A DNA stretch of 61,843 nt from a virus (Duplodnaviria; Caudoviricetes): positions 1-61,843 of the IMG/VR virus record IMGVR_UViG_3300042360_000496. The stretch is one strand, 5' to 3'. Under the pieces are notes generated by a model. That model worked only from the letters and a program-made list of their open reading frames with translations. It had not been told where the DNA came from and ran no database searches. Below are positions 39,706 through 49,080 of this stretch, in pieces. Numbering within the stretch: the first letter of the stretch is position 1; each line of letters begins with the position of its first letter. A program made the translations under genes and the position numbers.

Positions 39706-41126
39706 AAACTTGCAAAAAAGACAAAATGAAAATTGCTTATGTATGTCACAAAGGAGACACATATGGTGGATTTGTTTCTCACACAGAGCATGCAATCCAT
39801 GGCTTGAAAAAAAGAGGGCACGATGTAGACTTCTTTTTTCTCTCCTATTCTGGTCCAAATGAAATGTTTGTTAGAAAAAAGATTGATACTCTTCACAAGG
39901 AAGGTGTAACAATAGAAGGTAAACATTTCAGAACGTTGGACAGAGGTATAGGGACAGGGTTGTATAATCATATACAACTTGGTTGGATCACACCAGTGAC
40001 TCCTTATAAAACTCTTCAGCAGAAGAAAATTCTAAAGGAAAAGCTTGAAACTTATGATGTTGTGATCTGGCATACACCATTTTGGTTTAAACAGAAACCA
40101 GTACTTTGCGACACAGATTGGCCAATGCTTCTTGATTTACAAAATCCTGTTAATGTTGCTTTTCATCATGATGCCAATATTAGAGACAATTCAGCTTGGA
40201 TGTTTTTTATCGACAAATATTTTGATAGATTAATAAATGTCCATCAAGCCAGCTACAACAGCTCAAGCGTCTTCGAAACACCAAGAACTTTGATTTTCAA
40301 TCCACAAATCATAAATAAGGTCGAAAAAGATTTTAATGGTGACAAAAAAGTTAAATTCTTTTCTCTCCAATACTGGAAAGGATCTAAACATGTTGACGAC
40401 TTGATTCGTGCAATTCCACATCTAAAGGAAGATATCTTGATAAGAGTTGCAGGAAATGGTCTAGATTATAGATATCTAAAATCGATTGATAAATGCCCAG
40501 AGGATTTTATTGGCAGCCCCAAAAGGGATCCTGATATTCTTGAGTCTAATATAGGTAGACCCATCTTCAATCTTGCCTTGGAAACAGGAAAATTAGAGGA
40601 CTTGAATTGGGTGACTGAACAAGAGAGGAATTCGATATTTGAAGATACAGATTTTTTTGTAGACACTGCGTGGTACAAAGTAAGTACCGAACTTGGAGAA
40701 CATTTCAGCAGAACTTTGGTGGAAGCTATGATACGTGGAATCGTTCCAATAGCTAGGAATCTTGGGCTTAGCAACAATCTGGAAGGGAATGGAGAAGTGT
40801 TTAAAGCTGGAGAAAACTATATTATGATTCCATATGATGCTACTCCAAAAGAATTTGCTGAAATACTTGATGGTGCTTCAAAAATTAGCTCGGGAGAATA
40901 CAAGAGAATACAAAATAATAATTTTGAACTTTTGAAACATTTTGACTTGGACTATGTTGTAGAACAATATGAGAAGGTCTTTAAAGGGGAGCCTTGTGGC
41001 TTCTATGGAAAATACGAAACTGGTGGTACAGAAATTCCAGATAAATTTTTGCAAAAAGCAGAAAAACAATGGTTTGGAACAGGTGATCACAGAACATTTA
41101 AATTTAAAAAGGAGAAAAATGACTAA
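39702..41126 (+). CDS. GT-B glycosyltransferase (GT4-like), candidate DNA glycosyltransferase
   Basis: MKIA..., GG...H.E....GL..RGHDV, K....LIRA, EHFSR..VEAM..G..P. Confidence 0.8.
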   Translation: MKTCKKDKMKIAYVCHKGDTYGGFVSHTEHAIHGLKKRGHDVDFFFLSYSGPNEMFVRKKIDTLHKEGVTIEGKHFRTLDRGIGTGLYNHIQLGWITPVTPYKTLQQKKILKEKLETYDVVIWHTPFWFKQKPVLCDTDWPMLLDLQNPVNVAFHHDANIRDNSAWMFFIDKYFDRLINVHQASYNSSSVFETPRTLIFNPQIINKVEKDFNGDKKVKFFSLQYWKGSKHVDDLIRAIPHLKEDILIRVAGNGLDYRYLKSIDKCPEDFIGSPKRDPDILESNIGRPIFNLALETGKLEDLNWVTEQERNSIFEDTDFFVDTAWYKVSTELGEHFSRTLVEAMIRGIVPIARNLGLSNNLEGNGEVFKAGENYIMIPYDATPKEFAEILDGASKISSGEYKRIQNNNFELLKHFDLDYVVEQYEKVFKGEPCGFYGKYETGGTEIPDKFLQKAEKQWFGTGDHRTFKFKKEKND

Positions 41127-41643
41127 ACCAACAATTACACAGATTCTAAAGCTTCTAGACAAACCAGCACTTGTCAAGTGGGCAAATAAGCTTGGGCTTG
41201 AAGGAACCTCTCTAGACTCTTTCTACGAAAAGAAAAGAGAAGAAGGAATATCTCTCCATGCCCAAATAGAACGATATGTGAAGAGTGGTGTTAGAATGAA
41301 GGATCCAGCTCATCAAGAAAGGATTGAGAAATTCTTTCAGACGAGAAGAGTGGTTGCTACCGAAAGAGAAATAGAGACGGAATGGTTCACTGGAAGAACT
41401 GACGTTGTATTTTACCAAGATGATGATCAATATGTTGGGGACTTCAAGTCTTCAGATGGGCTTTACTTTGAAAATAAGCTACAACTAGCTGCATATCAGC
41501 TTGCTTATCCTCAAGCAAAGATCTGCGTCATACATATACCACTGTTCGTTGTAGACACTATAAAGGAGGATCTAAGACCTTATCAGGACATTGTTAAGTT
41601 GCTTTCTAAAGTCTGGCAAATAAAGGAGGGGATAATTAAATGA
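41119..41643 (+). CDS. PD-(D/E)xK nuclease-like protein
   Basis: T.IL..LDKPAL..WA, G...H, GR.D, DFK, Q..AY. Confidence 0.7.
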   Translation: MTKPTITQILKLLDKPALVKWANKLGLEGTSLDSFYEKKREEGISLHAQIERYVKSGVRMKDPAHQERIEKFFQTRRVVATEREIETEWFTGRTDVVFYQDDDQYVGDFKSSDGLYFENKLQLAAYQLAYPQAKICVIHIPLFVVDTIKEDLRPYQDIVKLLSKVWQIKEGIIK

Positions 41644-41933
41644 AACTTGAAAGTCTAGCAAAGGCAAATCTACTTAGCAGCAAATTACAGATAGCTGAAG
41701 AAGAATTAAAAAATCTTGAAAAATTCTTAAAAACCTATGAACCATTAGCACCTGAAGAAAAGGAAAATGTCCGGATGAAACTCTTCCAATCTACGTCAGG
41801 AAAAGACGTGATGCTGCTGGCCTTCAGTCTTAGATTAGAAGACCCAGAGATAGTTCTTCAGTTATTACAAATTATTAAATCAAGAAAAGAATCACAAATA
41901 GCACAGTTTAAATTGGAGATTGAAAGTCTATGA
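41640..41933 (+). CDS. Hypothetical protein
   Basis: Coupled ORF. Confidence 0.6.
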   Translation: MKLESLAKANLLSSKLQIAEEELKNLEKFLKTYEPLAPEEKENVRMKLFQSTSGKDVMLLAFSLRLEDPEIVLQLLQIIKSRKESQIAQFKLEIESL

Positions 41934-42949
41934 AAGTTATAAAAGTTAGAAACGTCAATGACGCATTCATTATGGGTCTGAACTACCTCCAGAGAGAAGG
42001 TGTAGAAAGAGATTCAAGAAATGGAAAAGTTCTGGTTGCACCAGAACCTGTTTGCACAGTCTATCTACAGCCCAAAGAGAGGGTATTATTTAACATTGTT
42101 AGAGATGCTAATCCATTTTTCCACCTCTATGAAAGTATATGGATGCTAGCTGGTAGACGTGATGTACAAAGTTTAACAAACTTTGTTGCAAGAATGGAAG
42201 AGTTTTCAGATGATGGGACAACCTTTCATGCTGCCTATGGTTACAGATGGAGGAATCAATTTAAAATACAGGACAACTCTCTAGCAGATTTTGTAGATGA
42301 TACTTCTTTAGATACAAGTGATCAAATTTCTAAAATTATTGATATTCTAAAGAACAATAAAGATGATCGTAGAGCTGTCCTGCAGATATGGGATGCTCAT
42401 CTGGATCTTGGAAAACAATCAAAAGATATTCCCTGCAATTTAACTGTCCACTTTCAAGTTACAGCAGAAAATAAACTTGACATGACTGTCTTTAATCGAT
42501 CAAATGATATTATCTGGGGATGTTATGGAGCCAATGCTGTCCATTTCAGCTTTCTGCAAGAGTATGTAGCATATAAAACTTCTTACGAAATTGGCAGATA
42601 TTATCAGATCTCTGACAACTATCATGCCTATCTTAAGACTCTAGAGAAGGTTAAAGACGAAAAAACAATTTCAGATCCTTATTCTGGACCATCTGCTCCA
42701 AGAGTAGTTGGTGTTGATTTTTCAACTGATGAATGTTTAAAGTTCATCAGAGAGGTGAGACCAGAAAGTATGTATTCAAACTTCAATTTCAATTCTGTGT
42801 TTCTTAGAGAAGTAGCTCTTCCAATGACACTCAGCTATTATCACTATAAAAAAGGAGACAAAAGATTGGCTCAAGACACTCTTTTGAAGATGATAGCTGG
42901 TGTTGACTGGAAAATAGCTGCTCTAGAATGGTTAGGGAGGAGAAAATAA
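41930..42949 (+). CDS. Thymidylate synthase homologue, probable dUMP hydroxymethylase
   Basis: RDANPFFHL.E, catalytic DIPCN, RSND..WG..GAN (Asn indicates dUMP specificity), H.Y; co-occurs with a 5-hmU DNA kinase. Confidence 0.8.
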   Translation: MKVIKVRNVNDAFIMGLNYLQREGVERDSRNGKVLVAPEPVCTVYLQPKERVLFNIVRDANPFFHLYESIWMLAGRRDVQSLTNFVARMEEFSDDGTTFHAAYGYRWRNQFKIQDNSLADFVDDTSLDTSDQISKIIDILKNNKDDRRAVLQIWDAHLDLGKQSKDIPCNLTVHFQVTAENKLDMTVFNRSNDIIWGCYGANAVHFSFLQEYVAYKTSYEIGRYYQISDNYHAYLKTLEKVKDEKTISDPYSGPSAPRVVGVDFSTDECLKFIREVRPESMYSNFNFNSVFLREVALPMTLSYYHYKKGDKRLAQDTLLKMIAGVDWKIAALEWLGRRK

Positions 42950-42973
42950 AATAAAATTAATAAGGTTATTTTG

Positions 42974-42992
42974 CTAAGATATTAGTTATGAT
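42974..42992 (+). promoter_or_regulatory. CTAA-N4-TTAG palindrome plus -10 box (TATGAT)
   Basis: ctaagatattag-t-tatgat upstream of ORF 43033. Confidence 0.55.
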
Positions 42993-43032
42993 TCTTATAG
43001 GTGACTAAAACCTATAAGAAATGGAGAATAAA

Positions 43033-43581
43033 ATGCAAACAGCACAATTAGTAGATCTAGAGCAGTTTAGAGGAAATATTTCTCTGAATGTTACTCAAAT
43101 GAACAGTCAAGTTCGTCACATGAAGAACAGAGAAATGGATTGGGAGGTGTTTCTACCAACCAAAGGAAAGAATTTACAAAGAGGGTTTGTTTGGACTGTT
43201 GGTCAAAAAAGAGAACTGATAGAATCAATTCTTCTTGGGAGGCAGATTCCAAACTTCTATTTCATAAATTCTTTTGACACTGTAAAAAACAAAGACATAT
43301 TGATCGTCATAGACGGAAAACAAAGGCTCTCAACAATCTTTGACTTTTTGGACGATAAATTCACAATGTCATTTACAGGTTGGTTGGATGATTATGAATT
43401 TCTCTTCTCCGAGCTTCCACTAGAATATCAAAGAGCAATAACTGGTTTTTGGCTGAACTATCACATTGTCAATGAAGACATGGATAAGAGAATAACAGAT
43501 AAAGAAAAGATACAATGGTTCAAGTTTATAAATTTCGCAGGTACACAACAAGATAAAACACATATGGAGGAATTAAATTGA
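43033..43581 (+). CDS. DUF262 (ParB/Srx-like) domain protein
   Basis: QR..VW, LIESIL.G..IP, IDGKQRL. Confidence 0.85.
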   Translation: MQTAQLVDLEQFRGNISLNVTQMNSQVRHMKNREMDWEVFLPTKGKNLQRGFVWTVGQKRELIESILLGRQIPNFYFINSFDTVKNKDILIVIDGKQRLSTIFDFLDDKFTMSFTGWLDDYEFLFSELPLEYQRAITGFWLNYHIVNEDMDKRITDKEKIQWFKFINFAGTQQDKTHMEELN

Positions 43582-44027
43582 TTAAACAATTACTAATAAT
43601 CTCACTAATTACATCAAGTTGTTTTGGTGCAGATTTAAAAATGAATGTAGAGACCGATGAATTTACAAATGTGATAAATAAGCACTGTAGATACATAGAA
43701 GTTGACCCAAGAAGGCAATGGACTATGTATGAGATATTAAAATTTACAAAAACAAACTTCTCTTGGGGAGAATCAAACAAGTATCCAGAAAGACAAAACA
43801 CAGAAGATAGAAAGTTGAATCTTCTGTGCGAAGAAACTGGTTACAAATCTGAATTAAAAGAGATAAACTTTAAAAGCAGAGCCTCTAGTAGACACTTTGA
43901 AGAGTCAACATTTGAACTTACAAAAAAGGATCAAGAAGAAATTACAAAATGTCTAAATCTAAAAATTAGATATGGTTATGTTGTTAGAGAATTAGGAAAC
44001 ACAAAGTGCTTGGAGGAATTAAATTGA
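43578..44027 (+). CDS. Secreted hypothetical protein
   Basis: Signal-peptide-like N-terminus; flanked by 17-bp direct repeats. Confidence 0.6.
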   Translation: MIKQLLIISLITSSCFGADLKMNVETDEFTNVINKHCRYIEVDPRRQWTMYEILKFTKTNFSWGESNKYPERQNTEDRKLNLLCEETGYKSELKEINFKSRASSRHFEESTFELTKKDQEEITKCLNLKIRYGYVVRELGNTKCLEELN

Positions 44028-44560
44028 CAACAAATTACCAAATAAAAAGAACAAGAGAAGCAGCTGACGTTAAAAGGTTTCACACCTTTCCATCCATTAA
44101 AGAGCAAACTGTTGGACAGCATTCATTCAATATGTTAACTATGCTGTTCCAATTTGTCAAGGAACCGAGTTTAAATCTGATAAAGGCTATAACTTATCAT
44201 GACTTTGCAGAAAGATGGGTTGGAGACATTCCAGCAACTGCTAAGTGGGGAAATGAAGAGTGGGGAAATCTAACAGAGTCCATTGAAGAATCTGTTAGAT
44301 TAAAACTCGGATTCATTTCTGGTGAATTGACCGAAGATGAAAAGAACATTCTAAGTTTTCTAGACACCTTAGAGCTGTTCTATTGGGCTTTGGAAGAAGC
44401 CGAATTAGGAAACAAAAATGGGTACTTCCTTGCCAAGAAAGTAAACAAGATTGTCTTAGAAAAATATGCAAAAACTAGGTTACAAACTACCATGAGCAGC
44501 TTATTATTTAGAATAGATTTACAACACCAAAGAACAGAAGATGGAGATGCATTCAATTGA
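44024..44560 (+). CDS. HD-domain 5'-deoxynucleotidase-like protein (YfbR family)
   Basis: V.RFH, TV..HS, HD.AE...GDIP, D.LE. Confidence 0.8.
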   Translation: MTTNYQIKRTREAADVKRFHTFPSIKEQTVGQHSFNMLTMLFQFVKEPSLNLIKAITYHDFAERWVGDIPATAKWGNEEWGNLTESIEESVRLKLGFISGELTEDEKNILSFLDTLELFYWALEEAELGNKNGYFLAKKVNKIVLEKYAKTRLQTTMSSLLFRIDLQHQRTEDGDAFN

Positions 44561-45111
44561 ACATATACGACTCATTCGACGCGATGATTGATTTAGAAAC
44601 CTATGGGAAAGCTCCAGGGTGCGGAATCCAGCAGATCGGTTTAGTCTTCTTTAATAGGGATGAACTAATAGATATACAACCTTATGATTGTCACCAATGG
44701 TTCATCGACAGACAGTCTAGTACTGACCTTGGGCTTAAAGAAGATTCAGAAACTTTAAACTGGTGGAAGAAACAAAGTGTTGAAGCCCAAGAAGGGTTCA
44801 ATAGACCTGGAATCTCAATTACAAAGGCTCTGCGAGAGTTTGCTGAACTTGAAGAATGGCAAAATGTTAGGTGTGTTTGGTCTCATGGAGCATCCTTTGA
44901 CATACCTATCATAGGGTGGGCTCTTAGGGAGGCTTTAATAAAGGCTCCTTGGAAATACAGCTCTATAAGAGATACAAGGACAATATTTGAGATAAGCCCC
45001 CCCGACGACATAGAAAATAAACTCAAACACTCAGCTCTACAAGATTCTATAACACAAGTTAAGGAAGTCCAAAACAGTTTTAAAAAACTAAAGGAGAAAT
45101 TAAATGTCTAA
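44557..45111 (+). CDS. DEDDh 3'-5' exonuclease (Rv2179c-like)
   Basis: MIDLET, W..GA.FD, RD.RT, H.AL.D. Confidence 0.85.
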   Translation: MNIYDSFDAMIDLETYGKAPGCGIQQIGLVFFNRDELIDIQPYDCHQWFIDRQSSTDLGLKEDSETLNWWKKQSVEAQEGFNRPGISITKALREFAELEEWQNVRCVWSHGASFDIPIIGWALREALIKAPWKYSSIRDTRTIFEISPPDDIENKLKHSALQDSITQVKEVQNSFKKLKEKLNV

Positions 45112-45619
45112 AACAATTGAAACTATTTTACAAGAAGATATTGATGGATTGAAAGAAGCAAACAAACAATATGGAGGGAGTTGGATTAAGCGTGGAGGGG
45201 TTGGAGCCTTCATGATGCTTGCTCGAAAATGGGATAGAATTGAAGAAAAGATGAACTCTTCAAAATCAAACAGTGTTATAGACATAATTGAACAAGACAC
45301 TCGAGCAGAAGGAATAATAGACGATATTAGGGATTTAAGAAGATATTTAATGCTGGTGGAGGCATACAACATTGGTGGTTCTGACTATCTAAACTGCCTA
45401 GAAAGAATATCTTTGTCAAAAGAATTTTGCTCAAGTCTAATGTTTGACACTCTTCTAGGGATTTGGTACACCATAGAAAGTGAATGTAAAGATTGTGGTT
45501 GGGACATCTTTAAAATTAAAAGTTCTTACAAAACGGAACACTTGAGAAGTCTATTGGTTCAAATAGAACTTCTTTTCTCAGCTCTTGGAATCGACCCAAA
45601 ACATAGGGATAACAAATGA
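45104..45619 (+). CDS. Nucleotide-modification-associated alpha-helical protein, putative dNTP pyrophosphatase
   Basis: YG.SW..RGG.GAFMMLARKWDR.E and D.I.DL..YL..VE pattern, as in hypermodifying phages. Confidence 0.55.
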   Translation: MSKTIETILQEDIDGLKEANKQYGGSWIKRGGVGAFMMLARKWDRIEEKMNSSKSNSVIDIIEQDTRAEGIIDDIRDLRRYLMLVEAYNIGGSDYLNCLERISLSKEFCSSLMFDTLLGIWYTIESECKDCGWDIFKIKSSYKTEHLRSLLVQIELLFSALGIDPKHRDNK

Positions 45620-45969
45620 TTAGAGATTTATTATTTAAAGTGGATCTAGAGGAGTTGGCAAAGAGGGAAGTTTCTGAACTCTGTAAAAGAGGTAGAGATT
45701 GGTTAGATTCTATTCATTACCAAGAATGGAAAGCCCAACAATTGAACCAAATGTCACAGTTCAAATTTAAACACAAAGATGAGTTTAGTTTCGTTGTTGT
45801 TGATCGTGTAACAAACTTTTGTTATTATGCTAAGGACTACAAAGAAGCTCTAGGAGTTTGTGCACAAATAGTAAAGGATTCAAAAACAAATTTAGATGGT
45901 AAGTTAACAATTTCAAGAGTTGTCAACACTCTAAGAAAATACGATGAAAAATATGAGTGGGAGAATTAA
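45616..45969 (+). CDS. Hypothetical protein
   Basis: Coupled ORF. Confidence 0.55.
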   Translation: MIRDLLFKVDLEELAKREVSELCKRGRDWLDSIHYQEWKAQQLNQMSQFKFKHKDEFSFVVVDRVTNFCYYAKDYKEALGVCAQIVKDSKTNLDGKLTISRVVNTLRKYDEKYEWEN

Positions 45970-47849
45970 TGCTTCAACTATCTATATTTGAACCAGATAC
46001 AGAATGGTCACCACCAGATGTTTCTATACTACCTTCTTGGGAAAATTCTTCCTATGTAGGAATAGACATAGAAACACATGACCAAGCCATATCAGATGGT
46101 TTTGGTTCTGGTTGTAAATGGAAGAACAGTTATATTGTAGGAATCTCTTTTTGTCTTGAAAATTACAAACCATTCTATCTCCCAATAAGACATTTCGCAG
46201 GAGGAAACTTAGATAGAGAGAAAGTTTTTGACTATCTAAAAGACCAAGCTAAAAAATTTAAAGGAGAGTTGATTGGAGCAAATCTACAATACGATCTTGG
46301 ATACCTACTTGACGAGGGAGTTTGGTTTAGAAATGTTAAATTCTTTAGAGATATACAAATAGCAGATCCTCTCATATATGAGCTACACGATTCATATTCT
46401 CTCCAGTCAATAGCCAAACGATATGGTCTTGGAGGTAAGGATGAAGGGGTTCTTTCTAGCTTTGCTAAAATGCATAAATTAGATCCTAAAAGAGATCTAT
46501 GGAAAATGAACAGTAAGTTCGTCGGCAAATATGCCGAACAGGATGCTCTACTCCCCATGCAGATCTATGAAAAGCAAAGAGTTCATATAGTCAAGAACGA
46601 ACTTCAGGAAGTCTTTAAATTGGAGAGTAGAGTCCTCCCAGTTCTAATTAAAATGAGGGATCGTGGTGTAAGAATAGATACTGACAAATTAAAATACATA
46701 GAAAAATGGTCGATAGAACAGGAGAAGAATTGTCTTTCTGAGATCCACATGCGTACAGGAATCTCCTTGGGCTTGGGGGACATAAATAAAAAACCTCCGC
46801 TTGTTAAAGTCTTAGAAACAATAGGAATAAAGGTTGAGAAGACTCCATCAGGTCAACCAAAGATAGATAAAAATACACTTAAAGATATTAATCACCCTGT
46901 TGCAGAAGCTCTAGCAAGGGCAAAGAAAGTAAACCATCTTAGAACAAGTTTTGTTAAATCCATCCAAGACAGGCTTATAGAGGGAAGAATACATTGTACA
47001 TTCAATCAATTAGCAAGAGAGAATGATACAAAAGATGGTATTGCTGGTGCTAGGTGGGGAAGGATGTCCAGTGAACAACCAAACCTTCAACAACAACCTT
47101 CTAGAGATGATTTTGCTTCAATGTGGAGGTCTATCTATCTTCCTGATGAGGGTCTACAATGGGGAAGTTTAGACTATTCGCAACAAGAGCCAAGAATGTT
47201 AGTCCACTTTGCTGCTCTCTTGCGACTACCCAAAGCCCAGGAAGCATTGGAGAAGTATAAATCAGACCCAAATATGGACAACCATCAGATGATGGCTGAC
47301 ATGACAGGCTTGCCAAGAAAGAATGCAAAAGATATTTTCCTTGGTAAGTGCTATGGGATGGGTGGAGCAAAGTTTTGTAAATCTGTTGGGCTTCCTACAA
47401 GTTTCATGACAAACGAAAAAGGAATCGTCATAGAGATAGCAGGAGACGAGGGTCAGGAGATGTTAAATCAGTTTGATGATAGGCTCCCTTTTGTTAAAGG
47501 TATGGCTAGAAAAGCCCAAGATGCGGCTGCAAGAAGAGGATACATCAAAACCATATCTGGAAGGAGATGTCACTTTCCAACAGAATTAGATGGTAGATTT
47601 GGATGGACACATAAAGCTCTTAATAGGCTCATCCAAGGAAGTAGTGCAGATCAGACTAAGATGGCCATGGTTGCTCTAGAAGCAGCAGGATACCCTCTAC
47701 AGTTACAAGTACACGATGAAGTTACAGCTTCGATTCCAAATAAGGAGGTGGGAGAAGCTATGGCAGATATTATGTCAAACTGTGCTAATCTTACTCTGCC
47801 GTTTAAGGTAGATTTAGAAATCGGTGATAGTTGGGGAGGTGTTAAATAG
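45969..47849 (+). CDS. polA: Family A DNA polymerase with 3'-5' exonuclease
   Basis: DIET exo I, GR.SS..PNLQQ, DYSQQE.R, K...LG..YG, QVHDE. Confidence 0.95.
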   Translation: MLQLSIFEPDTEWSPPDVSILPSWENSSYVGIDIETHDQAISDGFGSGCKWKNSYIVGISFCLENYKPFYLPIRHFAGGNLDREKVFDYLKDQAKKFKGELIGANLQYDLGYLLDEGVWFRNVKFFRDIQIADPLIYELHDSYSLQSIAKRYGLGGKDEGVLSSFAKMHKLDPKRDLWKMNSKFVGKYAEQDALLPMQIYEKQRVHIVKNELQEVFKLESRVLPVLIKMRDRGVRIDTDKLKYIEKWSIEQEKNCLSEIHMRTGISLGLGDINKKPPLVKVLETIGIKVEKTPSGQPKIDKNTLKDINHPVAEALARAKKVNHLRTSFVKSIQDRLIEGRIHCTFNQLARENDTKDGIAGARWGRMSSEQPNLQQQPSRDDFASMWRSIYLPDEGLQWGSLDYSQQEPRMLVHFAALLRLPKAQEALEKYKSDPNMDNHQMMADMTGLPRKNAKDIFLGKCYGMGGAKFCKSVGLPTSFMTNEKGIVIEIAGDEGQEMLNQFDDRLPFVKGMARKAQDAAARRGYIKTISGRRCHFPTELDGRFGWTHKALNRLIQGSSADQTKMAMVALEAAGYPLQLQVHDEVTASIPNKEVGEAMADIMSNCANLTLPFKVDLEIGDSWGGVK

Positions 47850-47878
47850 TTTACTTTTTAAAAATAAGAGGGTATACT
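47850..47878 (+). promoter_or_regulatory. Sigma70-like promoter TTTACT-N17-TATACT
   Basis: Same hexamers and spacing as the 268-296 promoter. Confidence 0.7.
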
Positions 47879-47919
47879 GAATTTGTTAATTAAATATAAA
47901 GAAATGGAGAAACTAAATA

Positions 47920-49077
47920 ATGCTATTGTTTGAAAATATTGGTGTCATGGAAATGGAATTCCTAAGGACTTTTGGAGCTTCTGTTAAGAATACTGAAAAT
48001 CCGATAGGCTTCTTTGGGACAGGTCTTAAGTATGCTATCGCTGTTATTTTAAGGAATAAAGGATCGATAAAAATCTTTTCTGGACTCGACGAATACAACT
48101 TCAGTCTAGAAAAGAAAATTCTAAGAGATCAACCATTCGACATTGTCACAATGAACGGCTTCTCCTTGGGCTTCACAAGCGAATTGGGAAAGACTTGGGA
48201 ACCATGGATGGCTTATAGAGAGCTTTACTGTAACCTCCTAGACGAAAAAGGAAGTTTGATGCATTCTCTCGCAGGTCTAGAAAATGGAGAAGAAAATAAA
48301 ACTAAGATTTATGTAGATGGGTTGGATCAGATTTACTACGATCACAATAAATACTTTTTAGACGGAACGCACGATGCTCTCTCAGAGGGAGTAGAGATAT
48401 CCAATAGACCAAATAAGTATCAATACTATAGGAATGTGCGTGTGTGGACTGAACCATCTGCTCTGACTTACAACTTCATAAAAGAAATTGCTCTCACAGA
48501 AGACAGAACTATTAAGTACACCTCATCGTTAGAGAATATTGCAGGATCTATTGTTAGATTAAAAGACAAAAAACTGTTGAAAGCCGCTTTATCAGCTGGG
48601 GAAGGAAAATTAGAAAATAAATTCAACTATAAATATTTTTCTGGGCACACTGAAGAATTTTATGAGGTCACAAAATCTCTTGGTTCTGACGCAAACTTCT
48701 CTGCCCAAGCTGTTCTTGCTGCTAAGACATCATACAGTGATGTTTCTTGTGAAGGCCTCACTCCAAGAGAACAAGAAATATTTAATAAAGCTGTGAGGAC
48801 AATTGATTCTCTGAACCTTGGCTTTACAAAAGACCCAGACTATTTATTCGTTCATTGTTTTCCTGGGGACAATAGCAAACTTGCTGAAGTTGTTGATGAC
48901 AGAATTATAATATCTAAAGAAGCTTTCAATTCTGACTTTACAGCAACTCTGCTGGAAGAGTTAGTACATCTAAACAAAGGTTATTACGATTGCACCAGAA
49001 ACTTGCAGACCTATCTATTCCAGATGGTTGTAAAGTTAGCTGAAGAGAATTTAATCAAACTAAGAGGAACCATATAA
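47920..49077 (+). CDS. GHKL-type ATPase domain protein
   Basis: G.S.K, IG.FGTGLKYA.A, REL..N..DE; C-terminal LLEELVH. Confidence 0.7.
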   Translation: MLLFENIGVMEMEFLRTFGASVKNTENPIGFFGTGLKYAIAVILRNKGSIKIFSGLDEYNFSLEKKILRDQPFDIVTMNGFSLGFTSELGKTWEPWMAYRELYCNLLDEKGSLMHSLAGLENGEENKTKIYVDGLDQIYYDHNKYFLDGTHDALSEGVEISNRPNKYQYYRNVRVWTEPSALTYNFIKEIALTEDRTIKYTSSLENIAGSIVRLKDKKLLKAALSAGEGKLENKFNYKYFSGHTEEFYEVTKSLGSDANFSAQAVLAAKTSYSDVSCEGLTPREQEIFNKAVRTIDSLNLGFTKDPDYLFVHCFPGDNSKLAEVVDDRIIISKEAFNSDFTATLLEELVHLNKGYYDCTRNLQTYLFQMVVKLAEENLIKLRGTI

Positions 49078-49080
49078 CAT

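Noticed and set aside
38285-41126. Host capsule/teichoic-acid auxiliary metabolic genes
   Set aside because: The genes are translationally coupled between two DNA-modification genes, share the phage codon style and octamer, and lack membrane or export components; considered less likely, not impossible
41930-42949. dCMP hydroxymethylase (T4-like glucosyl-hmC pathway)
   Set aside because: The specificity position reads Asn rather than Asp and a 5-hmU kinase is linked; not fully excluded without a proper alignment
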